From positions 2,565-66,564 of the forward strand of contig CAYMHO010000007.1 of assembly GCA_964390195.1 (NCBI GenBank): 64,000 nt of DNA, given 5' to 3'. Numbering within the stretch: position 1 is the stretch's first letter; the number at the start of each line of letters is the position of its first letter. The stretch comes from an uncultured Fimbriiglobus sp. Its GTDB lineage: Bacteria > Planctomycetota > Planctomycetia > Gemmatales > Gemmataceae. The translations under genes were made by a program, and so were the position numbers. Positions 51,280-60,394 of the stretch are shown piece after piece. Below the pieces are notes generated by a model. That model was given only the letters and a program-made list of their open reading frames with translations. It ran no database searches and had not been told where the DNA came from.

Positions 51280-51786
51280 GAGAGGGGGAGACACGGAGAC
51301 GGGAGACACGGAGAGGGTTATCCCTTTCGCGGTAGTACCCACGATTCGGGGGTGTTGGCCATCGCCACCAGCATGCGGATGATCTCGCCGTAGGCGCGGT
51401 GGAGTTCGACGCCCGTCGTGCGGGGGAGGTACCCACACTTGACCGCGAACTGAACCCAGGACTGCGTCTCGGCCGCCTCCCCCTCGGCGTCCGTCAGCTT
51501 GCTTACGAACGACCCTTCGTAGCGGCGTATCCGCCACCCTTCGGCGAGGTTCGCACACACCGACCGTGACGACCGCCGGCTCTGATCGGTGAGCGAGTAC
51601 CGCTCCTCTTTGGGGAACGACTTCGACGCCTCGAACACTGCCATCGCGGCGTCGAACGCCTTTCGGTACACCTCCAGGTCGAAGTGAGTGACGACCTTCT
51701 TCTTCACGGCCGAGTCCTCGGGAGGGTGGGGTTGGTGTATCCTGAGTCCGTCTCGTGTCTCCACCCTCTCCCTGTCTCCCCCTCTC
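51280..51786 (-). other. IVS-like element: imperfect ~38-nt inverted repeats enclosing a four-helix-bundle gene
   Basis: gagagggggagaca (51280-51293) pairs perfectly with tgtctccccctctc (51773-51786). Further gagacacg pairing occurs inside. The element exactly fills the intergenic space after the M16 peptidase stop. Confidence 0.6.
51318..51707 (-). CDS. four-helix-bundle protein (23S rRNA intervening-sequence protein family, TIGR02436-like)
   Basis: FDLEVYRKAFD, FPKEERYSLTDQSRRSSRSVCANLAEGW, AEGEAAETQSW. GTG 51707 is preferred (GAGGA upstream). An alternative ATG at 51764 lies inside the repeat arm. Confidence 0.8.
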   Translation of the reverse strand: MKKKVVTHFDLEVYRKAFDAAMAVFEASKSFPKEERYSLTDQSRRSSRSVCANLAEGWRIRRYEGSFVSKLTDAEGEAAETQSWVQFAVKCGYLPRTTGVELHRAYGEIIRMLVAMANTPESWVLPRKG

Positions 51787-54584
51787 TATTTGTCCTCCGG
51801 CAGCGGCTTGCCGTCGGTGCCGATCGGGCCGACGGCGACGACCGTCAGCCTCTTCGGGTCGAGGTGCTTCTTGGCCACCCGCTGGACCTCCTCCACGGTC
51901 ACGCCCTCGATCGCCTTCTTGTACTTCTCCAGGTAGTTGAACCCGAGGCCGAACCGCTCGACGGTGAGCAACTGCCCGGCGATCCCCTCGTTGGTGGCCA
52001 GGGTGAACGGCAGGCTGCCGAGCAGGTACCGCTTGGCGTCGTCCACCTCCTGTTCGGTCGCCTTCTCGTCGCGGATGCGGGCCACCTCCTTGACGAACCC
52101 GTCCCGCACCCAGGTGAACTTGTCGGCGAACGTGCCGATGTACCCGACGAACAGGCCGGGCTGCTCGCCCGCCGAACTGGCGATGCTGGCCGTCACCGTG
52201 TACGCCAGCCCCTGGCGGTCCCGCAGGGTGGCCGACAGGCGGTCGGTGAACCCGCTGCCCACCCCGAGCACGTTGTCCAGCACCAGCAGGGCGTGGTAGT
52301 CCGGGTGGTCGCGGGTGACGCCCAAGTGGCCGATGTACACGTGCGTCTGGGCGGCCGTCGGGTCGGGGATGATCCGCTCGCGGACGGCCGCCTCCTTCGG
52401 CGGGGCGGCCACCTTCAGCGGGGTGTCCTTGCCGACCCAGTCGGCGGTCAGCTTGTCCAGCCGGGCGGTCATCTCGGCCGTGTCGAAGTCGCCGACCACC
52501 ACCACCACGCACGCCGACGGGACGAACGCCGACTGGTGGAACGCCGTCAGGTCGGCGGCGGTCAACTTCTCCACCACCGCCGCCTTTCCGTACTCGGACC
52601 GGCCGTACGGGTGGTCGCCGTACACCGCCGCGGACAACTCCTGGCGGGCGCGGTTCTGCGGCTGCGTCTCCACGTCGGCGATGGTGGACAGCAGTTGCGC
52701 CCGCCGCCGCTCGATCGCGTCCTTCGGGAACGACGGCTTGATGACGCTGCCGAACAGTAAGCCCAGACCCGTGTCGGTGTCCGGGGTGAGCACCTTCACG
52801 CTCCCGCCGGTCGTGCCGAAGGTGAGCACCCCGCCGGTGCCCTCGATGGTGTCGGCGATCTCGTTCCCGGTGCGGCCGCCGCCCCCCTCCTCCAGCATCT
52901 GCCCCATCAGGGCGGCCACCCCGGACTTGTCCGCCGGCTCCCGCAGCCGCACGTCCTTCAGGTACGCCTCGGCCACCACGATCGGTAGCCGGCGGTTCTC
53001 CAGCATGACCGCCGTCACGCCCGACTTGAGGATCACCCGCTTGGCTTTCGTCAGGTCGACGCCGGGGGCGGCCTTCGGTTTCTCTTTGTCCTGGCGGTGG
53101 GGCGGACCGAACCGCCCACCTCCCCCCTTGAGGGGGAGGTCGGTGAGGGCGTCAGCCCGAACCGGGAGGGGGGGCCGTTTGGCAGAGCCAACCCCAGCCC
53201 CGCCGGTGGTGACGGGGGCGGACACCCCCTTCCCCTTCTCCTCGTCCGCCTGGAACGTCCACACCACCGCCGCCGACTTCGGGTCGAGCAGCCGCTTGGC
53301 GGTGGCCTGCACGTCGGCGGCCGTCACCTTGTTCAGCTTGCTCAGGTAGGTGCGGGGGTAGTCGGGGTCGCCGTACATGGCCCCGCGGGCGATCAGTTCG
53401 GCCACGCTGTGCGGGTCCTCCTTGGCGAACAGGAAGGCGGCCAGCATCCGCCGCCGCACCCGCTTCAGTTCCTCGTCCGGCATCGGCTTCTCGGCCAGCC
53501 TGACGATCTCCTCGAACACCGCCTTCTCGGCCTTCTTGCGGTCTTTCCCCTTGGTCATCTCCACGCTCACCATGAACCAGCCGGGGTAACGGCCGGCCTG
53601 GTTCGCGCTGGACACCTCGTTGGCCAGTTCGTCCCCCTCGACCAGCCGCTTGTACAGGCGGCTGGTGCGGCCGTTGCTCAGCACGTCGTCGATCACGTCC
53701 AGGACGTAGTCGTCCGAATCGCCGACGCTGACGGTGTTGAACCCGATCATCATGCGGGACAGGTCGAACTTGCACGGGATCTCGTCCCGCACCGGCTCGG
53801 TCCGCCGCTTCCCCTGCTTCGGCGGCTTCCGCTCGGGCAGTTCCCCCTTCGGGATCTTGCCGAACAGTTCCTTGATGGTGGCGAGGGCGTCGTCCGGGTC
53901 GAACCCGCCGACCACCACGAGTGCCGCGTTGTTCGGGTGGTACCAGCGGTCGTAGTACCGGGTGATGGTCTCGGCCGTCGCCCCGCGGACGTGCTTCTCC
54001 TCGCCGATGATCGGGTGCGAGTACGGGTGCTCCTTCGGGAACAGGAGCGGCAGCAGGGCCTTGTACTCCAGGTCCCACGGGCCGTCCTCGTTGCGTTTCA
54101 GTTCGGCCACCACCGCCCCCTTCTCCTGCTCGAACTCGTGCTTGGCGTCGATGCGGGTGTTCCGCATGCGGTCGGCCTCGATCTTCAGCCCCTCCTTGTA
54201 CCGGTCGGCGGCGAAGTCGAAGTGGTAAACGGTCATGTCCTCGGACGTGTACGCGTTGTTGTGCCCGCCGTTCCGCTGGGTGAGGCGGTCGATGTCGCCC
54301 GGCTTCAGCTTGTCCGTCCCCTTGAACAGCAGGTGTTCCAGGTAGTGGCTCAGGCCGGTGGCCGACTTGTCCTCGTCCGCCGACCCCACCTTGTACGCCA
54401 TCATGGTGCAGACGACCGGCGACGACGGGATGGGCAGCAGGTGGATTTGCAGGCCGTTGTCGAGCGTGACCGACTTCATCGCCTTGAACTGGTCGTCCAC
54501 GGTGGCGATCAGCTTGGCGTCGTCGGCGCGGGCGGCGGCCGCGAGGAACAACCCGGCGATGATCACCCAGGGGCGTACAGACAT
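51786..54584 (-). CDS. M16 family (pitrilysin-like) zinc peptidase, double-length
   Basis: Signal peptide. HxxEH motif in GLSHYLEHLLFKGT. 932 aa with two M16 active/inactive domain pairs. Confidence 0.9.
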   Translation of the reverse strand: MSVRPWVIIAGLFLAAAARADDAKLIATVDDQFKAMKSVTLDNGLQIHLLPIPSSPVVCTMMAYKVGSADEDKSATGLSHYLEHLLFKGTDKLKPGDIDRLTQRNGGHNNAYTSEDMTVYHFDFAADRYKEGLKIEADRMRNTRIDAKHEFEQEKGAVVAELKRNEDGPWDLEYKALLPLLFPKEHPYSHPIIGEEKHVRGATAETITRYYDRWYHPNNAALVVVGGFDPDDALATIKELFGKIPKGELPERKPPKQGKRRTEPVRDEIPCKFDLSRMMIGFNTVSVGDSDDYVLDVIDDVLSNGRTSRLYKRLVEGDELANEVSSANQAGRYPGWFMVSVEMTKGKDRKKAEKAVFEEIVRLAEKPMPDEELKRVRRRMLAAFLFAKEDPHSVAELIARGAMYGDPDYPRTYLSKLNKVTAADVQATAKRLLDPKSAAVVWTFQADEEKGKGVSAPVTTGGAGVGSAKRPPLPVRADALTDLPLKGGGGRFGPPHRQDKEKPKAAPGVDLTKAKRVILKSGVTAVMLENRRLPIVVAEAYLKDVRLREPADKSGVAALMGQMLEEGGGGRTGNEIADTIEGTGGVLTFGTTGGSVKVLTPDTDTGLGLLFGSVIKPSFPKDAIERRRAQLLSTIADVETQPQNRARQELSAAVYGDHPYGRSEYGKAAVVEKLTAADLTAFHQSAFVPSACVVVVVGDFDTAEMTARLDKLTADWVGKDTPLKVAAPPKEAAVRERIIPDPTAAQTHVYIGHLGVTRDHPDYHALLVLDNVLGVGSGFTDRLSATLRDRQGLAYTVTASIASSAGEQPGLFVGYIGTFADKFTWVRDGFVKEVARIRDEKATEQEVDDAKRYLLGSLPFTLATNEGIAGQLLTVERFGLGFNYLEKYKKAIEGVTVEEVQRVAKKHLDPKRLTVVAVGPIGTDGKPLPEDK

Positions 54585-54870
54585 GGCAGCTCCAAACCGG
54601 GACGGGACAACGAAGTGTAGTTTACCCGAGGAGGAGCGTCACCGCGAGATGACGGAAGGTGAGAGCACCCCACCCCCGCCGGGGAACTGCGTTCCCACGG
54701 CGACCCCTCCCCAGCGGGGCGGGGTGTGGCGTGGCCGGTGATTATGCCTGAGCGGAAGAGACCGACAACACCCACCCCTCCCCGCTGGGGAGGGGACGGC
54801 TCGCCGCGGAGCGGGCGAGCCGGGGGTGGGGTTGCGTTCCACCAATGGCACCCTCAGGTGACGGGCACGG

Positions 54871-55092
54871 CTACCGCATCCCCTTCACGTCGTCCCACGG
54901 AATGCCGGCGGTCGGGTCGGCCCGCAACTCGGCGGCCCGGCGGGTCAACTCGTCGGCGAACTCGTCGGCGGTCACTTCATCCAACCCGTCGGGCGGGTCG
55001 AGCGAATCGGCCAACCGCTCGATCAGTTCGCCCCGCTGGGCGGCCGGCAGTTCCATCGCCTGGGCGAGGACGGCAGACAACGCTTCGGACAT
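54871..55092 (-). CDS. putative addiction-module antitoxin component (TIGR02574-like), no adjacent toxin
   Basis: 73 aa. LPAAQRGELIERLADSL...ADELTRRAAELRADPTAGIPWDDV matches the pattern of this family. Confidence 0.6.
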   Translation of the reverse strand: MSEALSAVLAQAMELPAAQRGELIERLADSLDPPDGLDEVTADEFADELTRRAAELRADPTAGIPWDDVKGMR

Positions 55093-55137
55093 GATCGCCC
55101 CTCCTTACCCGATGCTACGCGGTTTCGACCCGTCCAT

Positions 55138-56679
55138 CTACTTCCCGTGCCGCAACGCCTTGCCGCCCATCGCGTCCGGCTGGTGCTTGCCGTCTTCCAC
55201 TGCGGCCACGCCGTTCACGAACACCCACTTCACCCCGGCGGCGTACTGGTGCGGCTTGTCGAACGTGGCCGTGTCGCGGTACGCCTTCGGGTCGAACACC
55301 ACCACGTCGGCGAAATACCCGGCCTTCAGGTAGCCGCGGTCGGACAGCTTCAGGATGTCGGCCGGCAGGCCGCTGCTGCTGCGGATGGCCTGCTCCAGAG
55401 TCACCACCTTGTCCTCGATGGCGTACAGGCCGATCTTTCGCGGGAAGGTGCCGTAACTCCGCGGGTGCGGGACGGTGTCGCCGGGGGTTTGCACCCCGCC
55501 GTCCGACGCCGTCGCCACCCACGGCTGCTTCATGTACACCCGCACGTCCTCTTCCGTCATCCCGAAGTTGACGATCTGCGCCCCGCCGTTCTTCTCGATC
55601 TCCAGCACGATGTCGATCGGCTCCTTCTTCTCCGCCTCGGCGATGGCGGCGATGGTCTTCCCGTTCCACTTGGTGTTGGGCGAATAACGGGCGATCTGGA
55701 TGGTCTTGCCGCCGGCCCGGCCGTCGAGCGCCTTCTCGATGTCCGCCTTCAGTTTCGGCCCGACGACGGGGTCGTCGAACCGGGCGACGTACTCCTTCGT
55801 GCCGCCCTCGCGGTAGCGGCTGGGTACCACCGTGGCCTTCAGGCTGGTGCTGCTGGCGATGTACGGGTACTGGTCGGCCGTCACGGTTTGCCCTTTCTTG
55901 CGGGCCGCTTCGATCGCCGCCACCGCCTTCCCGCTGGTGCCGTGGGCGGCCTTGCCACTCGCTTTGATGTGCGAGATGTGGACCGGGCAACCGCTCTCTT
56001 TCCCAATCCGAATCGCCTCGTCAATGGCCACCAGCAGGCCGGTGCTCTCGTCGCGGATGTGGCTGGCGTAGATGCCCTTGTGCTTCGCCGCAGCCTTCGC
56101 CAGCCCGATGATCTCTTCCGTTTCGGAGTAGGTGCCGGGGTTGTAGATCAGCCCGGTGCTCAGCCCCCACGCCCCGTCGGCCATCGCCTTGTCCACCAGT
56201 TCCTCCATCTTCTTCTGCTCGTCGCTCGTCGGCTTGCGGTTCTCGTTCCCCATCGCCTGCTCGCGGATGCTGTTGTGCGTGGCCAGGTGAATGACGTTGG
56301 TGCCGATCCCCTGCTCGTCGAGCTTCTTGAAATACGCGGCCACGTCCACCGGCCCGCTCCCGCAGTTGCCGGTGACGACCGTCGTACACCCCTGGGTGAC
56401 GTAGTTCTTGTTCGCCCGCGTGGACTTGGCCTGCACGCCGGAGTCGCAGTGCGTGTGCAGGTCGATGAAGCCGGGGCAGACCACCAGCCCGGTGCCGTCG
56501 ATCTCCTTCGCGCCGTCGACTTTGCCCACTTTGCCGACTGCCTTGACGCGATCACCGACGATGTGAACGTCCCCGACGACCGGCTTCTCGCCGCTGCCGT
56601 CGTGGATGGCGGCGTTGCGGATGACGACGTTCGTCTCGGGCGGGGCGGCGAGGGCCGCCGCGAGCAGGAGCGGGAGCAT
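55138..56679 (-). CDS. N-acyl-D-amino-acid deacylase (D-aminoacylase) family amidohydrolase
   Basis: Signal peptide. VIRNAAIHDGSG, GLVVCPGFIDLHTHCD and ISHIK motifs. Confidence 0.85.
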   Translation of the reverse strand: MLPLLLAAALAAPPETNVVIRNAAIHDGSGEKPVVGDVHIVGDRVKAVGKVGKVDGAKEIDGTGLVVCPGFIDLHTHCDSGVQAKSTRANKNYVTQGCTTVVTGNCGSGPVDVAAYFKKLDEQGIGTNVIHLATHNSIREQAMGNENRKPTSDEQKKMEELVDKAMADGAWGLSTGLIYNPGTYSETEEIIGLAKAAAKHKGIYASHIRDESTGLLVAIDEAIRIGKESGCPVHISHIKASGKAAHGTSGKAVAAIEAARKKGQTVTADQYPYIASSTSLKATVVPSRYREGGTKEYVARFDDPVVGPKLKADIEKALDGRAGGKTIQIARYSPNTKWNGKTIAAIAEAEKKEPIDIVLEIEKNGGAQIVNFGMTEEDVRVYMKQPWVATASDGGVQTPGDTVPHPRSYGTFPRKIGLYAIEDKVVTLEQAIRSSSGLPADILKLSDRGYLKAGYFADVVVFDPKAYRDTATFDKPHQYAAGVKWVFVNGVAAVEDGKHQPDAMGGKALRHGK

Positions 56680-56701
56680 GGGGACACCGTGGATGTGGGA
56701 G

Positions 56702-56763
56702 GGTTAGCCGCGAGACGAAGGCGAGCGCTACCGTACGCGCTCGCCTTCGTCTCGCGGCTAACC
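56702..56763. repeat. perfect 27-bp-stem hairpin
   Basis: ggttagccgcgagacgaaggcgagcgc (56702-56728) is the exact reverse complement of 56737-56763. 8-nt loop. Lies between two co-directional genes. Confidence 0.85.
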
Positions 56764-56767
56764 AGTT

Positions 56768-57391
56768 TCACCGCCGCTTCCGTCGTGGGCGGTCGTCGTC
56801 GTCATCGTCCTCGTCGCTGTCCCGACGGCGGCGGCCGTCGTCGTCGTCGTCGTCGTCCCGTCGCTTCTTCTTCTTCCCGCGGTCGTCGTCGCGGTTCAAC
56901 GCCTCGGCCGCCGAGCCGGGCACCACGAACCCGGCGAACGGGTTGTACTCCTGGGCGGGCACCCCGGCCGGCGGTGGGGGCGGGGGTACGACCACCGCCG
57001 GCTCGGGGGGTGGCGGGGGCGGGACAATCGGCCGGGCGACCGGCCGGGCCAGCCGCGGCACATCCGGCGGGGGTGGCGGAGGAAGCGGCGGGGGAAGCGG
57101 GAGTGCTGGAAGGACTGGCAACTCCGCGACCACCGGCTCGGGAGGGGGTGGCAGCGCGGGGGTGACGGCCGGCGGGGGCGAGTTGGTCGCGGCCGTCGGC
57201 GGGAGGAAGTCCGGCGGGACGGACGGAGTGGGCAACTGCTGGAACGTGGACGGCGTCTCGATGATGGCGAGGATCACCTCCGGGATGCGGAGGGAGATGC
57301 CACACTTCGGGCACTTGGACCGCTTGCCGAGGGCCGTTTCGGGGGCCATCGTCCTGGTCCCGCAGGCGGGGCACAACACCGGGATCGGCAC
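56768..57391 (-). CDS. zinc-ribbon protein with proline-rich linker and poly-Asp/Arg tail
   Basis: CPACG...CPKCG at the N-terminus, long PPPPP tracts, C-terminal KKKKRRDDDDDDDGRRRRDSDEDDDDDD. Confidence 0.6.
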   Translation of the reverse strand: MPIPVLCPACGTRTMAPETALGKRSKCPKCGISLRIPEVILAIIETPSTFQQLPTPSVPPDFLPPTAATNSPPPAVTPALPPPPEPVVAELPVLPALPLPPPLPPPPPPDVPRLARPVARPIVPPPPPPEPAVVVPPPPPPAGVPAQEYNPFAGFVVPGSAAEALNRDDDRGKKKKRRDDDDDDDGRRRRDSDEDDDDDDRPRRKRR

Positions 57392-57528
57392 GACGAGGCT
57401 CCGGGGGTTGTCGTCAGTGTAGCCGACGGCGGGCGAACGTGGGGCGGGGCGGGAACCGGCCGGCTGAAAGTTCGACCCGCCCGGCAGGTATCATCGCTAT
57501 CGCCCATCTCCCTTCGAGGCTCCTCTTC

Positions 57529-57993
57529 ATGTCCGACAGCATCCCCACCGTCCGTGGCACCAACTACACCGCCGCCCACGTCGGCCCGTTCGACGACCTG
57601 AAGCGGTTCACCTACGAGCACCCGGTTCGCAAGGTGCCGGTGCGGGGCAAACAGTTCCTGAAGGAACTGGTCGGCGCGAGCGGAATGGAAGTGTCGTTCA
57701 CCCGCCTCGAGCCGCTCCAGGCAGTCCAGTTCTTCCACAGCCACAAGCAGAACGAGGAGCTGTTCCTGATCGTCCGCGGGGCGGGGGAGATGCAGGTGGA
57801 CGACGACGTGATCCCGGTGGCGGAGGGGTCGGCGGTGCGGGTGGCGTCGGCCGGCGAGCGGTGCCTGCGGAACACGTCGGCCACCGACCCGCTGGTGTAC
57901 GTGTGCGTCCAGGCGAAGACGGGCTCGCTGGAGCAGTGGACGTACACCGACGGGGTGCCGAGCCGGCGGACGGCCAAGTGGGCGGCCGGGTGA
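57529..57993 (+). CDS. cupin domain protein
   Basis: FFHSHKQNEELFLIVRGAGEMQVDD...GSAVRV is a typical cupin motif 1/2 arrangement. Confidence 0.7.
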   Translation: MSDSIPTVRGTNYTAAHVGPFDDLKRFTYEHPVRKVPVRGKQFLKELVGASGMEVSFTRLEPLQAVQFFHSHKQNEELFLIVRGAGEMQVDDDVIPVAEGSAVRVASAGERCLRNTSATDPLVYVCVQAKTGSLEQWTYTDGVPSRRTAKWAAG

Positions 57994-58056
57994 TGGCGGG
58001 CGGTGGGCGGCGGCGTATGCTGACGGCGGTCGCCCACCCCGAACCCCGGAGGCCGC

Positions 58057-58941
58057 ATGGCCCGTTCGCTCACCTGCGCCGCCCTGCTGCTGGCAGTGGC
58101 GCTGCCCGTCACCGCCGCCGACGACGCGTACACGATCAAGCTGTACAAGGACAAGGAAGGGGACGTCACCAAGAAGACGACGGTGAAGAAGACCGAGGGG
58201 ACGGTCTCGTTCGCCGTCGGCGACATGAAGGGGAACGAGAAACAGAAGGGGAAGGAGGAGGTGGTGTACACCGAGGAGATCCTCAAGTGGCCGGCCGACG
58301 CCAAGCGGGCGACCAAGTTCTCGCGGACCTACGAGAAGGTGGACAAGACGAGTGACCGGGGCGAGGAGGTGAAGTCGTTCCTGGCCGGGAAGACGGTGGT
58401 GGTGGACCGGAGCAAGGACAAGCCGGCGTTCACGGTGGACGGGAAGCCGCCGACCGACGACCAGCAGAAGGAACTGGACGCCGAGTTCGGGGAGGAGAAG
58501 TCGGACTTCGACAAGCACGACATGCTGCCCGGCAAGCCGGTCAAGGTGGGCGACACCTGGACGCTGGACAAGAAGAAGGTGCTGGCGGCGCTCGGCGAGA
58601 AGACCAAGTTCGGGTTCGACGAGGAGAAGTCGTCGTTCACCGGCAAACTGGTGAAGGCGGCGATGAAGGACGGCGCCCTGCACGGCACCATCGAGTTCAA
58701 CCTGAAGTTCGCCCTGACCGACTTCCCCCTCGGGCCGAACATGGCCGCGGCGACCGAGGCGGGCAGCGTGATGACCATCAAGGCGAGCATCGACTGCTGC
58801 CTGGACGGCACCGTCGCCGGCGAGAAGTCGGACATCACCATGACGATGCTGGTGAAGGCGAAACTGCCGATGGACGGCAAGCTGGAGATCGACAGCACCG
58901 TCAGCGGCACCGAGACGGAAGTGCCGGTGAAGAAGAAGTGA
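58057..58941 (+). CDS. Lys-rich secreted hypothetical protein
   Basis: Signal peptide MARSLTCAALLLAVALPVTAADD. 294 aa. Architecture loosely similar to the 27545-30076 paralogs. Confidence 0.7.
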   Translation: MARSLTCAALLLAVALPVTAADDAYTIKLYKDKEGDVTKKTTVKKTEGTVSFAVGDMKGNEKQKGKEEVVYTEEILKWPADAKRATKFSRTYEKVDKTSDRGEEVKSFLAGKTVVVDRSKDKPAFTVDGKPPTDDQQKELDAEFGEEKSDFDKHDMLPGKPVKVGDTWTLDKKKVLAALGEKTKFGFDEEKSSFTGKLVKAAMKDGALHGTIEFNLKFALTDFPLGPNMAAATEAGSVMTIKASIDCCLDGTVAGEKSDITMTMLVKAKLPMDGKLEIDSTVSGTETEVPVKKK

Positions 58942-58949
58942 GGCCCGGC

Positions 58950-58989
58950 GGTGAGCGGCCGGGGTGCGACGGCACTCCGGCCGCTCACC
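58950..58989. terminator. bidirectional 13-bp-stem hairpin between convergent genes
   Basis: ggtgagcggccgg (58950-58962) pairs with ccggccgctcacc (58977-58989). Confidence 0.55.
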
Positions 58990-59002
58990 CTGCGGCTCGC
59001 CG

Positions 59003-60394
59003 TCACACCAGTTCCTTGATCCCCGCCCCGGCGTCGAGCAGGGCCATCGGGCGGCCGCTCGGGTCCTTCAGGTGCGTCTTGCGGGCGTCCACCCCGAGGG
59101 TGGCGTACAGGGTGGCGAACACGTCCTCGTAACTGACCGGACGGTCCACGACCCGTCCGCCGTTCTTGTCGGTCGCGCCGATCACCTGACCGGCCTTCCA
59201 CCCGCCCCCGGCCAACAGCGCCGGCCCGACCTCCGGCCAGTGGTCCCGCCCGCCGTCCTTGCCCACTTTCGGCGTACGGCCGAACTCGCCCCACACCACG
59301 ATCGCCACGTCGTCCAGCATCCCGCGGTCCGACAGGTCCGTCACGAGCGCCGCGAGCGCGTGATCGACGATCGGCACCAGCTTCTTCATCCGCGGGAAGT
59401 TCTGGCTGTGCGTGTCGAAGTCGGAGAACGACACGCTCACGCACCGCACCCCGGCCTCGAGCAACCGCCGGGCGAGCAGCAGCTTCTTCGCCGAGGTCTC
59501 GTCCTCGCCCGTCTCGAACTTGGCCAGGTTGCTCGCGGGCGGGGTGTACAGCTTCACCACGCTCTCGGGTTCATCGTCCCACGTCAGCGCCTTGGCCAGT
59601 TTGCCCGAGGTGAGGATGCTCACCGCCTGCTGGCCGAACTGGTCGAGGGCGTCCATCGTGCCCGACTGGTCCACCTCGCGGCGGACGTCGTCGAAGCGGT
59701 TGAGGAGCGACTGCCGGTCGGCCAGGCGGTCCGGGGTCAGGCCGTCCACCAGGCTCAGTTGCAGACTCGGCCTCGCCGCCCCCCGCTGCAACTCCACCTT
59801 CATGCCCTCTTCCAGCTCGCGGGGGAACTTGTCCGCGATGTCCGGGCGGAAGGGGGCGAAGGCCGGCCCGAGGAAGCCGGGGCGGGCGCTGTTCCGCACC
59901 AGCGGGCGGCCCTGCATGACGTCCACGAACGGCGGGACGGTGTCGGCCGGCTTGCCGAACAGCTTCGCCACCACGCAGCCCATCGCCGGCCGCCCGCCCA
60001 CGCTCGCGCTGTTCTTCGCGTCCCACCCGCTCTGCGTCTGGAAGGCGTCGTGCTGCCCGGTCGAGCCGACGAGTGACCGCAGGAAGACGAACCGGTCGGC
60101 GAGTGCCGCCACGCGGGGCATCAGTTCGCACAGGTGGACGCCCGGCAGTTTCGACTTGATCGCCTTCAGGTCGCCGCGGACTTCCTCCGGGGCGTCCGGC
60201 TTCGGGTCGATGGTGTCGTGCTGCGGCGGCCCGCCGTCCAGGTGGATGTTCAGGATCGACTTGGGGGACGCCTTCTTCGGCGAGGTGCCGTCGGCGCGGA
60301 GCAGATCGGTGAGGGTCAGCCCGGCGAGGCCGGCCCCGGCGACGACGAACGACCGGCGGGAGATGCCGCGACCGCAGGGAGGGCGGGGCTGCAT
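59003..60394 (-). CDS. DUF1501 domain protein (sulfatase-like, Tat signal)
   Basis: RRSFVVAGAGLAGL twin-arginine leader. GGRDHWP and WGEFGRTP motifs are characteristic of DUF1501. Confidence 0.85.
   Translation of the reverse strand: MQPRPPCGRGISRRSFVVAGAGLAGLTLTDLLRADGTSPKKASPKSILNIHLDGGPPQHDTIDPKPDAPEEVRGDLKAIKSKLPGVHLCELMPRVAALADRFVFLRSLVGSTGQHDAFQTQSGWDAKNSASVGGRPAMGCVVAKLFGKPADTVPPFVDVMQGRPLVRNSARPGFLGPAFAPFRPDIADKFPRELEEGMKVELQRGAARPSLQLSLVDGLTPDRLADRQSLLNRFDDVRREVDQSGTMDALDQFGQQAVSILTSGKLAKALTWDDEPESVVKLYTPPASNLAKFETGEDETSAKKLLLARRLLEAGVRCVSVSFSDFDTHSQNFPRMKKLVPIVDHALAALVTDLSDRGMLDDVAIVVWGEFGRTPKVGKDGGRDHWPEVGPALLAGGGWKAGQVIGATDKNGGRVVDRPVSYEDVFATLYATLGVDARKTHLKDPSGRPMALLDAGAGIKELV

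Noticed and set aside
51318-51764. Four-helix-bundle protein as an Avd-like accessory protein of a diversity-generating retroelement
   Set aside because: Avd proteins belong to a related fold. However, no reverse transcriptase and no template or variable repeat pair is present within the window around this gene.
54563-54851. ORFs of 70 aa downstream of the antitoxin-like gene as candidate toxins
   Set aside because: The translations are Pro/Gly/Arg-rich and lie across G/C palindromes. They show no resemblance to RelE/ParE/HigB-type toxins.
30992-56763. Possibility that the repeated long hairpins form a CRISPR array or are CRISPR repeats
   Set aside because: They are single, widely dispersed, mutually unrelated in sequence (apart from the gagacacgagac pair) and not arranged as regularly spaced direct repeats. 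No cas genes are present.
57274-58683. 469-aa minus-strand ORF across the cupin and Lys-rich secreted protein genes
   Set aside because: Antisense shadow ORF. The plus-strand genes have signal peptide and cupin motifs, while this frame is L/R/G/P-rich and featureless.
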